Below are positions 25,353 to 36,924 of a DNA stretch of 64,000 nt, piece after piece (position 1 is the stretch's first letter; each line of letters opens with the position of its first letter). The stretch is taken from assembly GCF_004010195.1 (NCBI RefSeq), contig NC_057751.1, forward strand, positions 16,979,585 to 17,043,584, in the 5' to 3' direction. The position numbers and the translations under genes were made by a program. The notes beneath the pieces are model-generated. The model saw only the letters and a program-made list of their open reading frames with translations, was not told the origin of the DNA and did no database searches. This stretch comes from Chiloscyllium plagiosum. Lineage: Eukaryota.

Positions 25353-26454
25353 TGTGAGAGAGAGTGTGTGAGAGAGAGTGTGTGCACGTGTGTACGAGAG
25401 TGTGTGTACATGAGAGAGAATGTGAAAGGGATTTGGCGTCCCTTTGACGTGGAGGCAATGCCAACAAGAAGGAAGCCAAGGCAGGATCAGCGCAGTTTTA
25501 AAGGCCGACGTTGCAGCTTTCCCATGCGGAATGCGGGTTTCACTCCCTTAATTCCCGTTGCCACCAGGAACTTGGCGAGGGTATGTCCGCTGTTGCATTG
25601 ACAGATCCCTCCTTCCTCTGCCCAGCTTTTTAAAGCCTAACTCAGGTTTAAGGGTTGAGCCTGCTTTCGAATGGTAAAGGCTGCCGCCCGTGGATGGAGT
25701 GCTGACGAATGATCAGAAGGCAATTTATTACCAGGAGGAGAGTGTTTTTAGTTTGTAGAATAGTGTTTGCATGGATATTCTAAGGACCACGGCATCTTAC
25801 CTTCCTGTGTTGTCTTGGCTCCTGAGCAGGGAACAGCTTGTGGATGTGAACGATACTGAAAGAAACCTTTGGACTGTTGGAAGGGGAAGTGGCATCGCTC
25901 ACCAGTAAAATACCCGAAGCAAATCAGTTTTATTTTCTCTGGCAGGGGTGGTTGTCAGCTGTGGATTTGACCAGCAACTAAGAGACTTTGCAGTTAATGT
26001 ACCAGTGTCTCGTGCACAGAGGTGAATCGAGCCTGGAGGAGGGGCATTGAGAAACAGCAAATCGGGAAACTAGCTTCCAATGAAATGTGTGGCCGGACGT
26101 GTCAGTGAATGAGTCAATAATAATGCCAGCACCATCTCTTTGCAATACTCTGTCCTTTAACACATTCATTCTAAGTTATGCCACTGATAAACCATTTATT
26201 GAGCACTTGATGAATATAAAGTCTATAAGCAAACTGCTCCAATTAACACTCGTCAACTATGCAATGATGCATGGTGTGATTTATCTATATCATGATTTAT
26301 TTTAGAGTTTGGAATTTGAACTAGTGACACATGGGCTTTGGACTGTATACAATAAAGGGTTTTATGATTACCTTGTCAGTTTTGTTTTCTGGAGCCGTGA
26401 ATCTTTTTGGAAATGGGCGTGAGAGAAACTCCTCAGGTAATGGTAGGAATTTGT

Positions 26455-26916
26455 CATAGTCATAGAGATGTACAATACAGAAACAGACTCTTCGGTCCAA
26501 CTTGTCCAATCCTAAAATAACTGACCTAATCTTGTGCCATTTGCCCGCACTTGGCCCGTATCCCTCTTGAGGCGAGAGTGTGGTGCTGGAAAAGCACAGC
26601 AGGAGACAGCATCTGAGGAGCAGGAAAATCGACATCTCCATCAAAGGATCAGGAAACCTCCCTATTCATATACCCATCCAAATGTTGCCATTGTCCCAGC
26701 CTCCACCACTTCCTCTGGCAGCTCATTCCATACACGCACCACCCTCTGCATGAAAACGTTGCCCCTTAGGTCTCTTTCCCTTCTCACCTTTAACCCTTCA
26801 GACCTTTATTGGTCAGAGTATTGAGTACAGGAGTTGGGAGGTCATGTTGCGGCTGGACAAGACATTGGTTTGGCCACTGTTGGAATACTGCGTGCAATTC
26901 TGGTCTCCTTCCTATC
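26455..26916. mobile_element. CR1 fragments in both orientations with a nested PLE terminal fragment
   Basis: CR1 tail on minus, then LRLDKTLVWPLLEYCVQFWSPSY on plus up to the N-gap at 26917-27340. Confidence 0.75.
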
Positions 26917-27340
26917 NNNNNNNNNNNNNNNNNNNNNNNNNNNNNNNNNNNNNNNNNNNNNNNNNNNNNNNNNNNNNNNNNNNNNNNNNNNNNNNNNNNN
27001 NNNNNNNNNNNNNNNNNNNNNNNNNNNNNNNNNNNNNNNNNNNNNNNNNNNNNNNNNNNNNNNNNNNNNNNNNNNNNNNNNNNNNNNNNNNNNNNNNNNN
27101 NNNNNNNNNNNNNNNNNNNNNNNNNNNNNNNNNNNNNNNNNNNNNNNNNNNNNNNNNNNNNNNNNNNNNNNNNNNNNNNNNNNNNNNNNNNNNNNNNNNN
27201 NNNNNNNNNNNNNNNNNNNNNNNNNNNNNNNNNNNNNNNNNNNNNNNNNNNNNNNNNNNNNNNNNNNNNNNNNNNNNNNNNNNNNNNNNNNNNNNNNNNN
27301 NNNNNNNNNNNNNNNNNNNNNNNNNNNNNNNNNNNNNNNA

Positions 27341-27850
27341 CAAACCACTATAAATGCCGGAGGAAAGGTCACAGAAGCGCTTCACAGGAGGCTCCCAAGC
27401 CCTGAGGATGTCACCGAGACAGGGGACGAAACATCTGCAACACACATTCCCAGCTCGGCGAGCAGAACCACAACAACAGGCTTGAGTTATAAATAAAGTC
27501 TGAACCCTCTCCAGCTCGATACGATCCTTTCCGTAAGGGAGGAACCAGAACTGGACACGGTGCTCCAGAAGGGGCCTCTAATGTCCTGTACAACCTCAAC
27601 ATGACATCCCAACTCCTGTACTCCAAGTCCTGAGCAACGAAGGCCAAAACATCTTCTTAACCACCCCACGTGTGATGCAAACGTCAAAGAATGATGTCCC
27701 ACTATATCTAGGTCCTTGTGTTTGACAACACCACCATTAATTGTATAAGCCCTACCCTCGTCGGACAGGGCATTTACCCAGATTGAACGCCACCTGCCGT
27801 TTTTCAGCCAGTTGGCAGAGATCCCTTCCTAACCGTAGAAAACCCTCTCT
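27341..27850. mobile_element. Penelope terminal repeat (27341-27490, +) with hammerhead-like motif, then a CR1 fragment (-)
   Basis: CTGAGGATGTCACC..GGGGACGAAACATC near 27402; AQDLEYRSWDVMLRLYRTL. Confidence 0.7.
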
Positions 27851-28021
27851 GCCATGTCACCTCACTTGCAGTCGCCCGCAGAACTTCAACATTCTGCTTC
27901 TGGCTTGTGTGACCAAGGAAAGATTTACGTGCCGAAGTTTAACGCTTGCACGTTTAATTCACAAGATGGAGGGATTCACTCTGCAAAACGAATAGAGAGA
28001 CTGGGCTACATTCTTGGAGGA

Positions 28022-28660
28022 TGAGATGGAGACGTACAACACGGAAACAGACCCTTCGGTCCAACCCGACCCCGATATCCCAACCCGATCTAGTCCCACC
28101 TGCCAGCACCCGGCCCATATCCCTCCAAACCCTTCCTATTCATATACCCAGCCAAATGCCTCTTAAATGTTGCAACTGTACCAGCCTCCACCACATCCTC
28201 TGGCAGCTCATTCCATACACGTACCACCCTCTGTGTGAAAAGGTTGCCCCTTAGGTTTAGGGTGAGAGGGGAAAGATATAAACGAGACCTATGCCCCTCT
28301 AGTTCTGGAGTCCCCGAGCTCAGGGAAAAGACCTTGTCTATTTACCCTATCATAATTTTGTAAACCTCTCTAAGGTCACCCCTCAGCCTCCGACGCTCCA
28401 GGGAAAACAGCCCCAGCCTGTTCAGCCTCTCCCTGTACCCCTTAGGTCTCGTTTATATCTTTCCCCTCTCACCCTAAACCTATGCCCCTCTAGTTCTGGA
28501 CTCCCCGAGCTCAGGGAAAAGACCTTGTCTATTTACCCTATCCATGATTTTATAAACCTCTCTAAGGTCACCCCTCAGCCTCCGACGCTCCAGGGAAAAC
28601 AGCCCCAGCCTGTTCAGCCTCTCCCTGTAGCTCAAACCCTCCAGCCCAGGCAACCGCATC
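28022..28660 (-). mobile_element. CR1 3' fragment with internal tandem duplication and 40-bp micro-inversion
   Basis: 28252-28437 is duplicated at about 28443-28628. See findings. Confidence 0.85.
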
Positions 28661-29034
28661 CAAATACAAAATTCACGCCATGTTAGATTTCAAACATCGC
28701 TATGAGGACAGAGCAAGGGGCAGAACGGGAACGCACCTGGCGTATAGCAACCACGGGAGTTCCTTGGGATCTCACAGCTCAACAACGTGAGCCCATTCGA
28801 GAAAGATGACAAGAATAAACTACGGTGTCCCACCCAGTCAAATACAGGGCTTAAAACATCGCTGTGCTCCAAAGTGATCAGTCAGCGGCCGGGGATATTG
28901 GTACCCTCGAACTGAAGAAAAAGCTGTTCGGCTAAATTCAGGAAGAATGGAACTTTATGGGTTAGACCATAAAGCCTAGACGGTCAACAAAGCTATGCGT
29001 GCTTTCCGGAGAGAGAGCAGAAATAAATGCAGTA

Positions 29035-29530
29035 CTGATTGCCCCATTACAAGGAGGACGTGGAAGTATTGGGAAAAGGTGCAGAGATTTGCCAGGATGT
29101 TGCCTGGTCTGGAGGGAAGGTCTTAGGGGGAAAGGCTGAAAGACGTGGGTCTGGTCTCATTGGAAAGAAGGCGGCCAAGAGGAGGGATTTGATCGGGACC
29201 TACAAGATGATCAGAGGATTAGATAGGGTAGACAGGGAGTCTTTTCCCGAGGATGATGACAGCGGCTTGGACGAGGGGGCATAACTACAAATTGAGGGGT
29301 TTAGATTCAAGACAGATGTCAGAGGCAGGTTCTTTATGCAGAGAGTGGTAAGGGCGTGGAATGCCCTACCTGCTAATGTAGTCAACTCAGCCACATCAGG
29401 GAGATTTAAACAATCCTTGGATAAGCTCACGGACGATGATGGGATAGTGTAGGGGGATGGGCTTAGATTAGTTCACAGGTTGACGCAACATCGAGGGCTG
29501 AAGGGTCTGTCCTGTGCTGAAATGTTCTAT
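29035..29530 (+). mobile_element. CR1 3' fragment
   Basis: PHYKEDVEVL...DLIGTYKMIRGLDRVD. Confidence 0.85.
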
Positions 29531-29879
29531 TAAAGACAAACATCATGTGCTCGATTCCGCAGTTGTGCTCATCAGAGATAACGTCACCGTTCAGGAGAGA
29601 TTTTCGATCAGGACCTTTTAAAATAGAAATCCCTGCTTTGTGGACATTGAGGCGGTTTCCCCTTTACCTCACAAGCCTTCCTTTCAACGTTTCTGCCTCC
29701 AGTGTCCCACGCACACTTGCCCATCAGTCTTCAGTTCTAAGTCGCTGTTTCCAAAAGGAGTTATTTTCAGATTATACCCTGCAGGAAATCATTCCAATAA
29801 ACAGCTTTCACGTACTACACGAGGGAGAGATTCGGAGTTGGGAAAAGCTAGATTTCATGGGATTCAGCCAACTTGAATA

Positions 29880-30356
29880 AAGTGTAGCCTTTATTTCAGT
29901 CATCCAGTCATTTCAAGTTGAGGCATCCTGGTATTTCTTATTAGGAAAGATCAGCACACTCGTTGTTATTGAGCAGTCAAGAACATCATCCCCGAGTAAC
30001 TACTTCTAAACATCCCCAGGAAGCACTGCTAATGTTTGAAAGGACACACTGTGGAGACATGATTTTTAAAAAATGGTTTTATGAACGGTTTTATTGTATA
30101 AAACACACTTGCGTAATCTAATTGTTGACAAACTGCTGTATGTTCTAGTTATATTTTCATACAGCTTTATATCTAAACCATAGGACATACAAACAGGTCT
30201 TTCGGATTATATCGAACACTAAAGTCATCTCCTAAAACTCTTCCCATTTTTATTTTAACTATTTTTAAAAAAAATATGCCAAGTATCCCCAGGTTTCTCC
30301 TGTCCAAATTACAGTACGACAGTAGGGAGGAAGAGGGTAGATTCAAAGCTGGATTT
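29880..30356 (-). other. H2AZ2: Probable H2AZ2 3' UTR with candidate AATAAA signals
   Basis: AT-rich and repeat-free. TTTATT on + (AATAAA on -) near 30250, 30090 and 29890. Confidence 0.6.
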
Positions 30357-30418
30357 TTATGCTGTCTTTTGCTGTCCCTTCTTCCCAATCAGAGACTTGT
30401 GGATGTGGGGAATCACAC
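30357..30418 (-). CDS. H2AZ2: Histone H2A.Z.2 exon 5 coding part ([20 protein letters not shown])
   Basis: Minus-strand cttgcag acceptor and TAA stop. C-terminal KTA (Ala127) is Z.2 type. Total CDS 3+78+114+130+62 = 387 nt = 128 aa plus stop. Confidence 0.97.
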
Positions 30419-31516
30419 CTGCAAGAGGAAGTGAAACAGACACGGTATAATAAATTCACAGCTTAGAATAAGTGTACTGTTTCAGGTCAAATGTTATCTC
30501 CTCCCCTGCTCGATCATTCTGGGAGCCGGGACAGTTCCTCACACATTGGAAACAACAACCTACAGCAATTAAAACTGAACATTATTCTTCCAATCAGCTC
30601 CAAACTAAAATAACCCATAACCTAATTGCTCCCAATATTCCTAGATAACTGATCAAACATTACCTATTGACTATTTAGAATTGTTGCATTGTGAACACTG
30701 ATTGTTTAAATATGATTTACCATCTCGCTGAGAGTAGTTTCTATATTTCTACTATTATTATCAGTAACATTCTCAAGAGGAAAATAGCTCGCAAGTTATT
30801 CAGGAGAAGGCATATCGGAGAACTTCCAATCCAAAATACCTAAGCAAAACATGATTGAAACAAGAAATGAAGTTTTAAAAACCAAAAGTCCTGCCTCTGA
30901 AGCTCCTCTGTGATCTATTATGACCATCGTGAATACCAGAGAAACAGCACGGCAGACTGGTATTGCCAGGAATGGAGGGACACACTCGATAACGAGTGAT
31001 GTATGACTGATAGTGAGGCTGGGCCGGAAACAGAGACAAGGATCAAAAGTTTTGTGCAGCTCGGAAAGAGTTAATATTTCCGATTCTTAGCCACAGGTAG
31101 AGTTCTGCACCATCTATTGCAAGGAGTTTAGGCAATATCATCAGCAGGCCAAGAATGGGCATTAAAAGAGGACATACCTCATACTGAGTCCATAAGGGAT
31201 AGCAATCTGGACTAAGGGCTCATGATTTCCCCTCACAGTAAGGCTGGCTAGCAGTAACCAGTTCAAAACAAATAATAAAAAACCAGCAAATGACAGAGCT
31301 TCCTTGTTCTGACAGCACAGCTCTGTAAAGTGCAGGGATTCACCAGCTAATCACGAACAAAGAGGCTCGCCATTTTCCTCCTCCAATTTGTGACCTTGCG
31401 ATGGTGTGTGGAGTAATGCTTCATTAAATTACATCTTGCCACCAAACGGACGACTGCTAGGGCAGCGGGTTCAAAGGCCCGTTCCTCAGAGCAGCCATTC
31501 ATTTAAATTAATCGTC

Positions 31517-31558
<42 letters not shown>

Positions 31559-32253
31559 GCAGAACTGGAATGCTCTGCCTGTCATCTGCAGCAGTTCAGT
31601 GACGTACACCAAGTCTGGTACCAGGGCTCACTGAAATCAGAAACTTAGAAGGAAGGAAGGAAAAGCTGAATTATCATTGCATGATCTTGCATCTCAGCAG
31701 GTAAAGCTTGCAAGGTGTCAGCTAGCACGGTTTAAGGGGAAAAAAAGTGTAATAATCTTTAAAAAACATTATTACTAAAAACTGCTCAACCCTGGGCTAC
31801 ACTGAAACCATTCACAACTTAACCATCAGCACAATTAACATTCACTCCCAATAGCAGACTGGCAATTAAGTGCTGGTAACATAAATTTGGTAAGATAATA
31901 CTATCTGTAAATGAAAACTAGAACATCTAGGAAACTCAAAATGCTAAAAGTGTGAGCGAGCGAAAGGAAACCTCTGATTTCCAACATTTAGAGGAAAAAA
32001 AAGTGTTTTTTCCTAACTTGAACAGTGGACACTAAACAAGAACTATTAACAAACCCAAGCTCCCTTTTCTTAACGACCTGAACCCAACTGTTAAAATGCT
32101 GCTCCAATAACACAATTATTAAACATCAAAACCACGTAATCGCTCAAAGACCAAACAGTCTACTTGGGATCAGGCAATTCATCTCAGGCCGAGCCAGGCA
32201 AATCAGGAGTTACGTGCAAAACTGCTACGAGAGAGGACAAGTTTAACACATAC

Positions 32254-32383
32254 CCCCACCAGCAATGGTTGCCTTGATCAGCGAATCCAGCTCCTCATCA
32301 CCTCGGATGGCCAACTGTAAGTGACGTGGCGTGATGCGCTTTACTTTCAGGTCCTTTGACGCATTGCCTGCCAACTCCAACAC
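32254..32383 (-). CDS. H2AZ2: Histone H2A.Z.2 exon 4 ([43 protein letters not shown]+G)
   Basis: Minus-strand ccgtag acceptor and G|gtatg donor, 130 nt, ends in phase 1. Translated by hand. Confidence 0.97.
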
Positions 32384-33129
32384 CTACGGAGCATAAGGTA
32401 GCGCAGCATTTCAAAAGCACGACAGCATCTTCAAACAGCAGAAAGCCAAAACGTTCCCACCTGTCCAAAGTCGGAATTTCAACAAGCAGCCGGTGCTTTT
32501 TGTGTGGTGCAACGCTGCTTATGTTGCTAAACATTTAAAAAAAAAGCCAATGCTCGCTCCGGGAAGAACAAAGATGGGAAATAAATTTGGCACCCAACAT
32601 CTTCAACTCCACATGCCCTTATATTCTCTGTGTTCAAATGAGCCCTACATCAGAGCTAGAACGTTCTGTCTTTCTACCAGTCTGTATAACCTTGCCCCCT
32701 GGAAGCATCCTGCTCAGTCCCCCTCCACGGTTTCAGCCCTTTAGCCAGTCCCTTTAGCTCCCTACTCTAGCTTTGCCATCTATATCTAGTTCGCTCAGAA
32801 CCTGTTGAAAGCAGACGGGATCCTATAGGCACACAAGGTGAACAGGGGCTCAGGTTCAAACCCCTTCAAGGCTCCGAGAAGCCGACTGCTTTGGCAGTGG
32901 TCTCTCTCTGTACATCTCAATCACTGCCTTGAGCTTCACCTCACCAGCTTCACTACTGTTGGTCACCGAGCTCCTGCCTTGTAGCCTTTTCTGTCACAGT
33001 ATTTCTGTTTTGCCTCGTGCTACCCAGTGCCGGGAGATTATTGGATTCCCCGATCCTCCCGTTTATCCCTGCTCAATGCTGCTTTTGTCACAAATCCTGC
33101 AAGTCAGAAGACTACTGTCACCGTTTAAG

Positions 33130-34600
33130 ATAGTATGGTGTGCAATTCCCAGTCTCCCTCCGATAGGAAGGATGTTGAAAGATTGACAAGGATGTTGCCA
33201 GGGTCGGAGGGCTTGAGCTACAGGGAGAGGCTGAACAGGCCGGAGCTGTTTTCCCTGGAGTGTCGGAGGGTGAGGGGCGACCTTATAGAGGTTTACAAAA
33301 TCATGAGGGGGGCATGGATAGGATATATAGATATAGATGAAGGTACTAAAAGTACTATTAGCAAATTTGCTGATGACATAAAGCTGGGTGGCAGGGTGAA
33401 ATGTGAGGAGGATGTTCGGAGAATACAGGGTGACCTGAACAGGTTAGGTGAGTGGCCAGATGCATGGCAGATGCAGTTTAATGTGGATAAATGTGTGGTT
33501 ATCTACTTTGGCAAGAACAGGAAGGCAGATTACTACCTAAATGGAGTCAAGTTAGGTAAAGGGGCAGTACAACAAGATCTAGGTGTTTTTGTACATCAGT
33601 CAATGAAAGCAAGCATGTAGGTACAGCAGGCCGTGAAGGCGGCTAATACCATGCTGGCCTTCATAACAAGAGGAATAGAGTATAGGAGCAAAGAGGTGCT
33701 TCTGCAGCTGTACAGGGCCCTGGTGAGACCACACCTGGAATATTGTGTGCAGTTCTGGTCTCCAAATTTGAGGAAAGACATTCTGGCTATTGAGGGAGTG
33801 CAGCGTAGGTTCACGAGGTCAATTCCTGGAATGGCAGGATTACCTTACACTGAAAGACTGGAGCGACTGGGCTTATATACCCTTGAGTTTAGAAGCCTGA
33901 GAGGGATCTGATTGAGACATATAAAGATTATTAAAAGGATTGGACACTCTGGAGGCAGGAAACATGCTTCCGCTGATGGGTCAGTCCCAAACCAGAGGAC
34001 ACAGTTTAAAAATAAGGGGTCGGCCACTTCGAACACAGCTGACGGGAAACTTCGCCCAGAGAGTGCTGGGAGCGTGTAATGCTCTGCCCCAGAAGGCTGT
34101 AGAGGCCAAGTCTCTGGATACTTTCAAGAAAGAGTTGGATAGAGCTCTTAAAGATAGTGGAATTAAGGGTTAGTGGAGATAAGGCAGGAACAGGATACTG
34201 ATTGAGGATGATCAGCCATGATCATAATGAATGGTAGTGCTGGTTTGAAGGGCAGAATGGTCTACTCCTGTACCTATTGTCTATTGTCTTTTCCCTGGGG
34301 TGGGGGAACTAGAGGGGCATAGGTTTAGGGTTAGAGGGAAAAAGATATGAGAGACCCAAGAGGCAACTTTTTCACAAAGGGTGGTACGGGTATGGAACGA
34401 GTTGCCAGAGAAAGTGGTGGAGGCTGGTACAATGACAACATTTAAAAGGCATCTGGATGGGTACATGAATAGGAAGGGTTTGGAGGGATATGGGCCAAGT
34501 GCTGGCAAATGGGACTAGATTTGTTTAGGATATCTGGTTGCCATGGACAAGTTGGAGTGAAGGGTCTGTTTCCATGCTGTACACCTCTCTGACTCTCCTT
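33130..34600 (+). mobile_element. Nested CR1 LINE fragments in H2AZ2 intron 3
   Basis: KFADDIKLGG...WQMQFNVDKC; LYRALVRPHLEYCVQFWSP; two distinct 3' tails. Confidence 0.9.
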
Positions 34601-34808
34601 GGAGAAAGTGAGGACTGCAGATGCTGGGGATCAGAGTTGAGAGCGTGGTGCTGGAAAAGCGCAGCAGGTCAGGCAGCATCCGAGGAGCAGGATAATCAAC
34701 GTTTCGGGCATAAGCCCTTCCTGATGAAGGCCTTGTGCCCGAAACATCATTTCTTCTGCTCCTCGGATGCTGCCGGACCTGCTGTGCTTTTCCAGCACCA
34801 CACTCTCT
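34601..34808. mobile_element. Palindromic Penelope-derived mini-element with central CTGATGA hammerhead-like core
   Basis: GAGAAAGTGAGGACTGCAGATGCTGG tail, arms of about 80 bp, centre CTGATGAAGGCCTTGTGCCCGAAACATC. Confidence 0.85.
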
Positions 34809-34987
34809 ATGACTCCCTTTGTCTATGGAGATTGCCAGAGGTGCTTAGTGTGGAGAAAGATCAGACTAATTTACATTAAAGTAGTCAGGGGCGTTATCAA
34901 CAAACGAAGTATGGGTGGTTACCTTGTTTTCACTAACAGACTTCTCATACTAATGGAAGGAAACAGAAAGCCTCCACCAGGACTCAC

Positions 34988-35101
34988 CTCAGCAGTGAGA
35001 TACTCAAGGATAGCTGCACTGTACACTGCAGCTGTAGCACCCACCCGTCCATGGCTAGTGGTACGAGTCTTCAAATGCCTATGAATACGACCTACAGGAA
35101 A
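34988..35101 (-). CDS. H2AZ2: Histone H2A.Z.2 exon 3 ([38 protein letters not shown])
   Basis: Minus-strand ttcttccag acceptor and GAG|gtgagt donor, 114 nt. Thr38 (LKTRTT) is Z.2 type. Confidence 0.97.
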
Positions 35102-35830
35102 CTGGAAGAAAGAATACCAAGTGAAACCTCGACTGGAACTAAAAGGTGCACAACATCGGAAACACTCCCACTGGTACTCACCACTGTTACAGGTGCCTTC
35201 CACTCCAAATGACCCACACTTCAAAGATATTCGATTAAAGCAACAAAACGCTGTCTTTCTTCACGTAGTTGTTAAAATTTCACATCTCACTTTTCCAACC
35301 ATTCATCTTCAGACTCCCTGTGCCTCAGGATTTCTCCTGTGAATTGCAACTCCGACCTCAGGGAAGGCCCACAGACGGCGACACTGTATCCTATCGAATG
35401 CCTTTGAACCCCTGACAAAACTCTTGACTGGCTTGCTCTGTTAAGCCACTTAAGGATGGGTTCCTCTCGAGAATTTGTTTCTGAAGGCTGTACGTAGCTT
35501 GGAAAGAACATCTCCCGACAGAGGTAAGGCAGCAACAGACACAGAGGGCGAGTGCAAGCCAGAATCCGAGAACATACAGGGACAGGGAACCAGTTAGAGA
35601 AAAAGACAAAAGATGCTGGTGTTGTTCTCTTCACCCAGCAGTGTCACAGAGAGGGTGACATTGGCTGATGAGGCAAGTCACTATGATCTGGATTGCACTG
35701 TCCAAAGAGATGGTGAAAGGAGTTTTAACAGTAACTTGCAGCAAGGCTGTGGCTGAAGGGCAAAGAGGAATCACTCCGATCGGTCCCATCGAAGAGGTAA
35801 CTGTGGGCTGGATCAGCTCCCTCCATTCTA

Positions 35831-36030
35831 TGGAGGAGAAAGTGAGCACTGCAGATGCTGGAGATCAGAATAGTGTGTGTGTGGGGCTGGAAAAGCACAG
35901 CAGGTCAGCCAGCATCCGAGGAGCAGGCGAACTGACATTTCAGGTGTAAGCCCTTCGCCCCGAACCGTCGATTCCCCTGCTCCTCGGATGCTGCCTGACC
36001 TGCTGTGCTTTTCCAGCCCCACACTCTCGT
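35831..36030. mobile_element. Palindromic Penelope-derived mini-element with 14-bp TSD
   Basis: TSD CTCCCTCCATTCTA (35817-35830) and CTCCTTCCATTCTA (36031-36044). Confidence 0.85.
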
Positions 36031-36924
36031 CTCCTTCCATTCTAGATCTTACAATTCTTCGACATTTACTAATCCCCCACCCCCCAAATGTTGTAGATGA
36101 GACATCCATCAAAACATAGGAGAATAATAACGGTGAAGTCAGATTTCCTCAGAGAAAGGCAGCAAGAAGATTTAAGGAGGAGGAGGTGGAACTCCCGAAT
36201 TGCAAGGGTGGTCAAGGCAGTAACTGTTGGGGAGATGCAGAGAGTTCCTCAAGAAATCGGTCTTTTATTTGCAAACAAAAAACCGTGACACTGAGAAAGC
36301 AGATTCTCGAATGCCCCCGAACCTCACGGTCCGTGGATTCTTATACCTTTTTGTACTGTGTTTCTGTTAGCTTATCAGCATGTCTAACTAAATTCATCAA
36401 AGTATCTCCCTCCAGCTACACAACAAACCAGTGATATTAGTTCCCATTATCCCTTTAGTTGTACATTCTACTTAGTGTTATTCTAATGTCACGGTTAGAT
36501 GTTTAGTGCTAACTCTTGTAACAATGGTCTTCCATTCCAGAGCTTACTTAATATTCTCCTAATGTCATGATTAGATATTTATTACCAGCTCCGCTACAGT
36601 GATCGTCCATTCCAGACTAACCGGTCATGTCAGATATTTAGCTATTCCATCTATCACAATAGTCTCCCGTCTCAAGCTGACTCTACTAACTATTAATTAG
36701 ATATTTCAATGTCATATCCCAAATATTTACAGTCCCAATCCTGTCATAATAACACTTAAAGCAAGTTTCGCTGTTATTACTTGCGTTCTCTCATCTCTCC
36801 ATAGTGACCTTTCAGCCTTAACCTTACTCTGCTAATTGGTGTAAGAGTGTCCCACTATGGTTATCCCATCCAGTGGTCTCCATGCTTTAACCCTTCCCAT
36901 GCTTTCATGTTTATTTTCCATACC

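Noticed and set aside
24683..27496. Long ORFs containing X runs (also 47162-48140)
   Set aside because: Artefacts of reading through N-gaps.
30357..35101. H2A.Z.1 or a processed pseudogene
   Set aside because: Ala14, Thr38 and Ala127 indicate H2A.Z.2; introns are present and the frame is intact.
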